From assembly GCA_028023455.1 (NCBI GenBank), contig JAQFVV010000003.1, forward strand, positions 22,444,001 through 22,508,000: a stretch of 64,000 nt of DNA, written 5' to 3'. This stretch comes from Epiperipatus broadwayi (Eukaryota; Animalia; Onychophora). This document shows positions 51,808-62,513 of the stretch, one piece after another. The position numbers and the translations under genes were made by a program. Each line of letters starts with the position of its first letter. Position 1 is the stretch's first letter. The notes beneath the pieces are model-generated. The model did no database searches and was not told the DNA's origin. It was given only the letters and a program-made list of their open reading frames with translations.

Positions 51808-53154
51808 CAAATTGTATACAGACGCTATAAAAATAAATGCTTATTTATATATATCTTTCATTATGTATATCTTTCTATCTTACTATTAGATTTATATTTA
51901 TTTTAAATTGATTATCTCTTTATGATTAAATTTCCTCCTTCGCTATTCCTCATTTTTAATGTTAAATCAGCTTGACATATATCTATTTTAGTTTCCTTAT
52001 GCGGTGTAATTTATTTTTTACTTGAAAATATTTCCAATTTAAAATGAATATTTATAATTTAATACTAGTTAAGTTTCCTTTTGTTTTACCAATTCGATTT
52101 CTTCGATAACACGTATATTTGTTCTTATTCTCTCTTACAGTTAAATATTAGTTATTTAAAAAAACCTTTAAATATTTTAAATTATTCGCAGAGCACAAAG
52201 CAATGATAATGCTTTGTGAAATATTTATTCCAATTTGGCTTTATCAAGAAGATACGAATTGCTAAACTGAATTAAATTGGAAAAGTAATACCTATGCCAC
52301 AGAATTATATGTAATTGAAACCACCTCATTGTTAAAATTATTCATTAGGGATTACGTGGGGAATAGCGGAGATATTTAAGACCTTAATAATATTTAAACT
52401 GCATTTATTAAAATATATCATTTAAAGTCAAAGCTTTAGTTTTATAATTTTTCTTTCAACCTTTCATTTGCTTAACCTGTTAGGTTAATTGTCCGATGAT
52501 CCAAGCATGCACAAGCACTTCACTCATATATATTTTGGCACATTACACTTATTTTAGTTACTTAAATAGTCTTGTCGATTGTCTCTACCCTGATGCTAAG
52601 CTTGATCTGGGCTAGAAAATAATTTATGTGTGTCTCAGATATGTTGTTGGTTCGTGGCTAGACTCGAAAATGAATGAATAGGGCAGAGGCCATAGTATTC
52701 TTGATTTTTATATCTTGTGTATGAGTCGCCTAGTTATCGAACTGGGTTAAGCCAGCTTACACATTCGACTGGCACAATATTTGGCCTGCTTTTATTTACA
52801 AAATCATAATTCAGAATTTTTTTTTTTTTTTACTGAAACCAAAAATTAATGCAAATATTTTCAATATAAAATTGAGAAAATATTTTCAAAACAAACAAAC
52901 AAAAAGAAAATTAAAAGAATAAAAAATAAGAATTACAGACACCCAAAATGAAATACTTCCCAGCTTAACTCAGAGTAAAGCACAGCAAACTTCAATAGTG
53001 AGTCAAACAATCACCTTACCTGAATATATTAAACTTCAGTCTAGTGCTGCACTAGATTTAAAGCATCAAATGATTCTGATTTTGATGATCTTCTCTTTGA
53101 GCATTCATGCTATAAACAAGGCCAATTTTGTTTTTTCCCTCCATTTTCTAATTT

Positions 53155-56100
53155 ATGTTTCTAAAGATATCTGGAGTCAACGTCAGGGGCCTCAACTCCC
53201 TTGACCATGCTTTTGCCATCAAGCAATGGCTGGACAAAGTTGATCTGCATATTGTGTGCCTCTCAGAGATCAAACTGTCTTGGCAATTGAATTATAAAAA
53301 TTAATCAGCTACTGGATCAATATGGCATGTTGCAATATCTCCCATCTGACATAGCTTCTTCTGGAATAGCCTTTCTGATCAATCGGAAATTGGCCTACGA
53401 CTTTTAATATTAAAGAACTTTTAATATTAAACTTAATTATAGGCAACACACCAATAATCATAATATATCTATATATCAAAAATAATCCTGGTCTTGCCTT
53501 ATCAATCATCAATAGAATCAATGCTTTGTTTTCATCTGTAGTGTCTCCTGTGATATGCTTCGGGGACTTTAACATGAGTTATTATCAATTTAATATGAAA
53601 TATTGGCATCTTTTTAATAGGGTTTTCTTGTGTGGAGAGGGTTTTTTCCTCCAAATTCTTTCTCCTTCTACACACTGCATAGTAGAACATTAATTGATCT
53701 GTTCTACTACACTCCAGAGCTGCATTATGACCTTGAAGCTAAACTCCAGTAGGTTCCTTTTCCGACCACAAAGCTTTAATAATTTCACTGCACCTTAACC
53801 CTACAGCCCTGGTGCCATCACAACATATCTGAACCATCAGACTTTTAAACAAAGCCAATATTCCTGAGTGGATCTTTTCTGAGGTCTACATCCTTTAAAT
53901 AAAATACAAATCCTTTCTCTTTCCCTGTTACATGCTTAGTCTGCCTTTGTTGGAATTCTAAACTCAAATAATCAACACCTACACTATGAAAACTAAAGGT
54001 CTTAGCCACCTACTTAGAGAACTTGACCTTATAGGAAGTAGTTTCTGGATTATCATCTACTAACATCAGTATTGAAGACATCATGAATCTTTAAGAACCA
54101 GTACCATGAGAAGCAAAGGGTGCTTGCTCAGTATGTTGCAAAAAAAATGAGCCAAATTATTTCTGCCAAATCAACATAACTGGACTTGTAATTACATCCA
54201 TTGGGCAATTGGTGCTGCTAGGAGGCCTGCACCTTCCATGAATATAATTGATCAGATCGATTACTATGCTAATAGAAATTCACGAGTTCTTCAAGGCAAG
54301 GTTTACAGAGTGTGAACTTTGAAATTGGTGACACCTGGAATAACATGAATGGATGTGAAAATCACAACATCACAAAAACATATATAGTTCAGAGGCTTCT
54401 AGCTTACCCAGAGAACACACATCCTGGATTACACAGAATCTCATGCTTTGTTCTTCATCTAAGCCATTTCACTGCTCCCATACTACATAGAGTAATTGAT
54501 GTTCTAGCAGGAGATTTTCAGAATATACCAGACCTTTGCCTTATAGCCTTGGTTCCATTTATGAAAAAACAAATTAATCCTTCTGGATTTTCCAATATCC
54601 GACCCATATCTATGGCCCCTTTACTCATCAAAATTATTGAGTCCATTATCAAGAACAGAATCCAAGACCAGTTATTCTCCCATATTTCAACTCACCAATT
54701 TGTCCACAAAGAATCTTCTACTATCGAAGCTGTGTGTCATTTCATGCTTCTTCTGGAACATTTTAGGTAGCACAGAAAGTCTATGCCAATAGTAATCCAA
54801 TTAAACTTTCCTTCCGCCTTTGACTCTGTGTTGCCTAAAATCCTGCTTCAAACTTTCAGCAACTATTTGGTTCCGAAAGTATACATCAGAATCATTGATA
54901 GTCTTATTTTGAATTGTTCAATATTTACCTCACTTGATGGTAACCTGGCCCCTAGGTTTAGACCTCACTATTCCTCAGGAGTCTCCACTTAGCACCCTTT
55001 GTTTTGTCACATATATTAATCCCTTACTCAAAGAAATTGAGTGAAGTTTGCCTGGGATCTACATGCCTGCTTTGAGGGAGGAAGTACATCACATCTCCTA
55101 CATTGATGATGTTACGGTTTTTCTTCCTTTGAAAAAGCATTTACCACACTTATAACAAATCCTTGACAAGTATGCTTTGCAATACAATCTCTGCATAAAT
55201 TACACACAGTCATCCGTTTTGGAAAATAAACAATGGTACCATGATGCCTTCAATGTTCATTTCTATACCTCAAAAGTTTTGGGCTCCCCTATTGTGTTGC
55301 CTAGAACCTCAATAAGAAAAGAGATCCAGCAATCTTTTCTGGATAAGACCAGGAAAGTAATGAAGTCATTGTCTTCGATCTCTGTCACTCCCGGGAAAAG
55401 CAACACTGCTTAACATGCTCATTTTCCCCAGAGTAAACTATTTTTTACCCATAATCAAGCCTACAGTCATTTCAATCCAATATTAACTTAATCTGCTCTA
55501 AGCTATTCTGAAATGGCAAATGTGTTGCCATCAGTATGGCCAAAATGCAGAAGCCCAGATTGCTAAATGGACTTGGCCTTCATTCCATGTCCATCTTCTA
55601 TGAGCAAAAGTCAATTAGTGTATTGCGAGAAATTTATTTGAAATTGGCTGACGCCAACATCAACTTTCCATTTGAGCCCACTGACACCCTCCCCCACACC
55701 ATTTGCAAGTAAATGGATTGATGATATTAGGAATTTACATGAACAGCTTATTTAACATCACTAATCTCACTGTGGTAAATAAAAAATCCTTTTGGGATGT
55801 ATACAGATTTATACATCCAAATCAAAATATGCTGCAGTCTGAGCTCAGTTTGAATAATAAACAGATCATCAAAAAGTTGAGAAACTGTTTTTTTGAACTG
55901 AAATGCATTAACTTTCTTCTCAAGTTGAACCTCTCCTCCTTACCTACCAATCATTTTTTGGTGTGGAGGAGGGGTTTTGCAAGCCTTAGTCCTTAGTACA
56001 AATTATGTAGAAGGAATGATGAAACTCTCCAACATTTGTTTTACACCTGTCCCTTTCTTGCACCATTCAGGTCCTTGATTGTGGACAATGTGAAAAATGG

Positions 56101-56450
56101 CATCTTCTCTATAATGAGACTGGTCATGTTTATAGTATTTGCAGTTTGGCTCATGAGGTGTAAGCTTTTATTCAATCAAATAAACCTCAGTATCTGTCAA
56201 ATATACACAAAGTTGATTACTATAATCAAGAACAGAGACAGATTTTTGGCTCCTGTGTGGTTGTTTTGGGAGACCTGGTCCAAATGCACTTTTCCAGACA
56301 AATGAGTAAACACCTCATGCGATCCTTTATTGTTTATCCTGGTCCCATGTGTAAACTTTTATATATTTTCATTGTATTTGCCTACAGTTATTCAAAGTAC
56401 ATGTAAATCATTTCATGAATAAACCTTTCCTTTTTTAATAAAAAAAAAAA
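53155..56450 (+). mobile_element. L1/Tx1-type non-LTR retrotransposon ORF2 (APE-RT-CCHC), broken, with poly-A tail
   Basis: MFLKISGVNVRGLNSL..IVCLSEIK (53155-), PVICFGDFNM, LIDLFY, SDHKA; RT NIRPISMAPLLIKIIESI, LNFPSAFDSV, SYIDDVTV (~55095); C-terminal KLCRRNDETLQHLFYTCP (~56000-56052); AATAAA and an A-run ending at 56450. Confidence 0.9.
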
Positions 56451-56767
56451 GGAATTAAAAGTTGTAAAAATAAAAAAAAATCACAATGAACTCTAATCAT
56501 GCATCAAAACAATAATCATCTGACTTCAAACGAAAGAAAACTGCTAGTTTGAAGATAAATTCCAGTGTATCAATTACTTAGTACAAACAAAAACATTAAC
56601 ATATTAGCCCTTTAGAAATTAATTAAAAACATCATTATTTCGTAGCAACAGAGAAACTAAAGTGGATGCCTACATGGAAAAGTGCAAAGATTTCCTTTTA
56701 TTCTCAAGCATTTGTTTCAGCTGAGATATGACTCTCTAATTCAGAAAAAAACATTTTTTTTTTTTGT

Positions 56768-57205
56768 AATAACATTAAGTTCAGTATAGATAATATACTT
56801 GTATTTTAATATTACATATTCAGCCTCTATTCTGACCAGCCCTCTTTTATGTATTTAAATGGATATATTAAGGTCCTATATGTGAGGGGTCAGAGTAATT
56901 TAAAGTCAACATGGGTATAATAATAAGATTGGAATCAACAAGGAATTTGAGTGTTCTATCATCAGATTTTCAATGATATGGAATGGCTGGGGAGTCATGA
57001 ATATATGTGTTGGAGATGATGATCTGGACCAACTGATGACTGCTGGTTCAGCACAAAATATGTACATTGATCATTTATCTTTTTCACATGTGGTCATGTG
57101 CATTGGTTGTATAAGATGAAGTGAATAGCTGTAGAAAGCTTGAAAGTTCGAGTTCAAATCCCTTCTAATTAAATTTAAGTTCAGTATAGACAATGTACTT
57201 GTATT
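56768..57205 (+). mobile_element. Solo family B unit with a degenerate hammerhead and terminal redundancy
   Basis: Colinear with 14378-15335. It begins and ends with TTAAGTTCAGTATAGA.AAT.TACTTGTATTT. The HHR at ~57028-57069 has GAAA>AAAA. Confidence 0.8.
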
Positions 57206-58478
57206 TAAATTTTATATTTAATAATTAAAAAAAAATGACTGAGTGGGAAGGGGGTGGGGAGCTATTGAGATAAAAAGAATGATGGAAACCTACTTCTATA
57301 ATAAAAAAAATATTTTTAATTCTTAAAGACGCAACAGCGTCATTCCTAAAATAGAATAATAAAAAAAAAAAACGACTACGATCCATGAGAATATATATGT
57401 ATGTAAATCAGAAATAATATCATCAGTCAAAGAAATCAACCTTTTTCATCCAAATGATACAATTCAGATATCATTCCAGGTTAACATAATGTTGGAGAAA
57501 AGAATCTAATAATGATTTATTATTATAATATGCTTATATAATGAAAACAACTTTACTCGCAACTCTAATATGATTAAAAATAAAAACATTTTCATTAACA
57601 AGAATTACTCTTAATTGATTTTACACTGCATAATACAAAAACAATAAATATTAATTTGTTATTATGGACTTAAAAAATTAAAATAAAAATAACATTAAGC
57701 TAAAATCGCAAACTGTTCTAACATACTTAAAAAAAAAAATCAAATGTATAAGGAAATAAAAAAGTATATCAAAATTGAACGTGTGTGCGCAATGTATATA
57801 TTGCAAACTGTCTGTTGAAGGCAAATGTAATAGTCTAGGCAGTAAGTTGTATAAACCAAAAAATAATTTAATCCATTAGTAAAAGTTCTTGGCTGCTGAT
57901 ATATAATCTTACACAATGACAGATCTATGGCTTATGATTTTTGATCTCTGGCAAACTATTTATGTTCTCAATATATATAGATATTTCACAAATTATATGT
58001 GCCATAAAGAAGTGAACTCCTAATTACGTATATATATTCCTGTCTTATAAGGACAAAGGTGCAGGAAAGAAGTCCTATTTAATAATATTTCTTCTATCAA
58101 ATAATTTATTCAACTATAACAATGCTTCTAGAAATAAATACTGTATATCTAGTTTTTGAGGTTATATTCTTCTTTACAAAGAAACAGTATTCCAGGGAAT
58201 TATCAAAATTGGATTTTTATATAATACTATATATTAATAGTGACTTCAGAAAGGTTGAGAGTTGTGTTTTTTTTTGAGGGAGAAAATAATTTCCACCAAA
58301 CTAATAGGCAAATTCTTGATTATGAATAAAGCTGATAATTAGACAGTTGCATATCTATATGATTACTTATTATAAGATAAAGGATAAAACGGATTTCAAG
58401 ATAAATATTTTTCCAACATTTTCATCAGCTTCGCCAGTAAAGTTTTAAATATTTCCATTCTTGTTTTATCCTCTAACT

Positions 58479-60038
58479 CAGTGTTTCCCAACCTGTGGTA
58501 CGCGTACCATTGGTGATACGCAAGTTGCTGGTTGGTGGTACACGAAGAATAATCAATAATGGCGGACATAAAAAAAAAATTAAATCATAAAAATATCATA
58601 GAAACGTTTTTTCCTATAATTCATAAAAAATATTTTAATTAATAATATTATACAGTAAAGTTGTTAATATGTACAATCGATAACGATCTTTAATGTTAAT
58701 GATAAAACTGAAAGTACGATTAAGAAATTAGATTTTTGGAAACAGTTTATCGAAAACAATCAACCGGAAGTATTCGAAACTCTACATATTTTTTTTGTTT
58801 GAAAATAAGATTAGTCTGTCTCAAGATATACAAGAAAATATAATAGCACATTTAACAGGATTAAAATTATCTTTCATGGACTACTTTCCAAAACCCGAAA
58901 ACACAAATGATAATTGGATTTCAAACCCCTTCTATGCAGAAAATTTAGAAAACGCTACATCATTATCAATAAAGAATGAAGAAAATTTAATAGAATTATC
59001 ATGTGACACAACTTTACAAGTAGAATTCAAACGACACTATCTAATTAATTTTTGGTTAAACATTAAAGAATATGAACAACTTTCTGAGAAAGCTCTTAAA
59101 TTATTATTACCATTTACTAGTACGGAATTAGTTGGAAGAGCTTTTTCTTCATATATTTTTTTAAAAAATAAGTATCGAAACAGACTGTAGACTTAAGTGT
59201 ACACCTCGCACCTTTTGAACCAAATTTCAAAAAATTATATTGTTTTAAACAAGCACAAGGATCTCATTAAATTTATTTTATAAAAATATTTGATTATGAT
59301 AAGAAAATATATTAATTGTTTTTTTATAATTTTATGTTTTTATTAAAACCATTTATTAGTAAACGAAATATGACAAAATAGTAGATAAATAATAAGTCGG
59401 ATCAAGGCAAATCAATCTAAATTATTTAATTTGAAAGAATGTATCAGAAAATGATCATACCCAGAAATTAGATTCTCATTAATTCTTGATCATCTATTGT
59501 GGATAACTTCATGCAGAACAATCTAAAGAAAACAAGAACAAGAGATAGCCTGATAACCCCTGATGTTATTTTTACCATGACTTGGGACATGATTTATCCT
59601 CTCCGTGGCCCAACCAATAGCAAGATTTTCCGAAAAAGAGAAAACACTCAAATTTGAGAAAACCAAATGAAGGAATGAGAAAACACTGAACAAAATATGT
59701 ACCGAATAACCTTTAATGTAATAATGTAATCTTTAATAAATTATTTTGTAAAAAATATAAAACTTTGAACAAACACATACATATAAATATGTTACAGTGA
59801 GTTTATAATTTAAGTGAGTTTATAATCCAGCGTGATGCTTTAGGCGTGTTTCAATGTAATTTGTCTCATTATGTGATGTGAATACGTACATGGTCACCCT
59901 ATAATATTTATAATGCAAATAAAATAACACACTCACAATAACAAATTTCACAAAATACAATCATTTTTACAAAGTGGTACAATTTAGCGTGATGTACTAC
60001 CAAGTGGTATGCGAGCCAAAAAAGGTTGGGAAATGCTG
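58479..60038 (+). mobile_element. Internally deleted hAT (Buster/Charlie-type) transposon
   Basis: TIRs CAGTGTTTCCCAACCT / AGGTTGGGAAATGCTG. Perfect 8-bp TSD CTCTAACT (58471-58478, 60039-60046) with central TA. ORF 58795-59190 is the C-terminal dimerisation region (LIELSCD..FWLNIKEY..KALKLLLPFTST..RAFS..KNKYRNRL). Confidence 0.95.
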
Positions 60039-60292
60039 CTCTAACTAATAACAATTAGATGCCGTTTGCTATTTAATATTAGATTATTTAACATGGAATG
60101 ATTATTTGAAAAATAATCTCAAAATCAAGTTTTCAAGTCTTATCTATTCAAAATTTGTCATATACAGATATTTACTTACGTATATGTTTGTGATTGCATA
60201 TATATATACATGCGTGCGTAAAATCAGACAAAAAAATAATAAAAGATTCCAATCAAACCTCTTTTAATTTTTAACAAGATAAAATTTTTCTT

Positions 60293-62174
60293 GGTACTTG
60301 TGTATAATTCAACTGATGATGTATTACCCTGAAGGCATATCAGTCTAATCTTGCGATTTTTAAGATAACGTCTCCAAGTGATCTGCGGACACATGTAATC
60401 GTTAAAATGTGTCCGCAGATCACGTGAACACGGTACGTTAAAAATCGCAAGATTAGACTGATATGCCTTCAGGGTAATACGTCATCGGTTGAATTATCCA
60501 GGTCACATGCTAAAAAATATTCAAAAATGAAAAATATCTGATGCAGGTCAGACAAATACTAAAAAAAAATTAAAAAAATGTACACGCATGCGTCAAAATA
60601 TTATTTTCAATTTTAAAATACAGCAGCGCGTAGCACTGGAATTGGCGGGGGGGGCCTCCGGATGTTTTTGTCGAGCCGCAGGCTCGGCATACACGTATAT
60701 CAGACATTGTATTACTCTCATAGCTGTATGATATAATTCAGAAATTAAAAATAAAATTAAAACGTAATTCAATGTAAGTTTGAGAATTGTAGAAATATTA
60801 ATAAAAACTTTTTGTAAATTTTAAATAAACACCTAAATAAAAAAGATGCGATCTAATGCAAATCTGGTATTAATGGCGTCCAGAAAACACCACACTTTTA
60901 CATGCATTTGGTAATTTTAAAAACGTACTGCATATTGCAAAATTGATTTAAAAAATTATTTCAAATTATTTACACATTAAAAAACGTAATGTAGAAATAT
61001 TAACAAAAAGTGTTTGTAAATTTAAAATAAACAAATAAAACACTTTACCCAAATTAATGCGAATCTGGCATTAATGACGTCCTTGTTATCACATGCATTT
61101 GGTAATGTATATTCCAAATTTGTTTTAAAAAATTATTGAAAATTATTTACACATTAAACGTAATTCAATGTAAGTTTCAGAATTGTAGAAATATTAACAA
61201 ATATTTTTTGTAAATAAGTTTGAGAATTGTAGAAATATTAACAAAAACTTTTTGTAAATTTTAAATAAACACCTAAATAAAAAAGACGCGAGCTAATGCA
61301 AATCTGGTATTAATGGCGTCCAGAAAACGCCGCACTTTTACATGCATTTGGTAATTTTAAAAACGTACTGCATATTGCAAAATTGATTTAAAAAATTATT
61401 TCAAATTATTTACACATTAAAAACGTAATGTAGAAATATTAACAAAAAGTTTTTGTAAATTTAAAATGAACAAATAAAACACTTTACCCGAATTAATGCG
61501 AATCTGGCATTAATGGCGTCCTTGTTATCACATGCATTTGGTAATGTATATTCCAAATTTGTTTTAAAAAATTATTGAAAATTATTTATACATTAAACAT
61601 AATTCAATGTAAGTTTCAGAATTGTAGAAATATTAACTAAAAATTTTTGTAAATTTAAAATAAACAGATAAATAAAAAACACTTTACCGGAGAATAAATT
61701 ATTTACACATTAAACGTAATTCAATGTAAGTTTCAGAATTGTAGAAATATTAACAAAAACTTTTTGTAAATTTAAAATAAACAGATAAATAAAAAACACT
61801 TTACCGGAATAAATTATTTACACATTAAACGTAATTCAATGTAAGTTTGAGAATTGTAGAAATATTAACAAAAAATTTTTGTAAATTTAAAATAAACAGA
61901 TAAATAAAACACTTTACCCGAATTAACAGCTCAAAAAAGTAACTGTGATGCCGTGGATAGCAAAATTGCAATAGACAGAAAAATCAAAAAATTTCCTAAA
62001 CCCTCTATGAATTTTAAATCTCGCAGGTGAAAAAAAAAAATTGACTCTCTGATGGATTAATCACGCCAGTCACTTGGTTACCATGACAATGTTGTCATGC
62101 AAAAAATGTCGATGTCTACCGGAAGGGAAATCGGTAAGTCAAAAACGTCATCGGTTGAATTATACACAAGTACC
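60293..62174. mobile_element. Non-autonomous DNA transposon with GG-starting TIRs and 8-bp TSD (Merlin/IS1016-like signature)
   Basis: GGTACTTGTGTATAATTCAAC.GATGA.GT at 60293 is inverted at 62146-62174. TSD TTTTTCTT at 60285-60292 and 62175-62182. No ORF. Confidence 0.8.
60770..61925. repeat. AT-rich tandem array with higher-order structure inside the GG/8-bp-TSD element
   Basis: Repeated AAACGTAATTCAATGTAAGTTT.AGAATTGTAGAAATATTAAC.AAAA. Two ~200-bp monomer types (A, B) are arranged A-B-(partial)-A-B, followed by three ~100-120 bp truncated units. Confidence 0.9.
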
Positions 62175-62399
62175 TTTTTCTTAATTGATAAAAAAAATTT
62201 ATAACTTCCATCGCCAATATAAAACTCTTATTCTCTCTAACCATGGCTATTCAGGACAAAATTTATCAGCCATGTTACTGATTTACAAAGGCAACAAATC
62301 AAATCATGAAATCATCTCTTTCTTAAACTATTGATTTACAAAGGCAACAAATCATGAAATCTTCTCTTTCTAAACTATCAAGACAATAATAGAACAAAA

Positions 62400-62513
62400 A
62401 AAAAAAAGGTCTTGCATTGGTGGTCGAGAGGTCAGCGTGACTGCCTTGCACTTGCAGGCAGTTGCCCGGGTTGCGGGTTCGCGTCCCAGCCGATGCTATG
62501 ACACTTAAAAAAA
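62400..62513 (+). mobile_element. tRNA-Gly-like SINE, best-preserved copy, with A-tail and TSD
   Basis: GCATTGG (62414) ... CCGATGC (62496) form a 7-bp acceptor stem. A-box-like TGGTCGAGAGG and B-box-like GGGTTCGCGTCCC are present, followed by TATGACACTT + A-run. Direct repeat AATAGAACAAAA at 62388-62399 and 62514-62525. Confidence 0.8.

Noticed and set aside
60308-60340. CUGAUGA in the left TIR of the GG-ended element
   Set aside because: The other two copies read CCGAUGA and no GAAA follows, so it is a chance match.
60770-61925. Tandem array as a CRISPR-like locus
   Set aside because: There are no unique spacers, the units are long and degenerate, and the context is eukaryotic.
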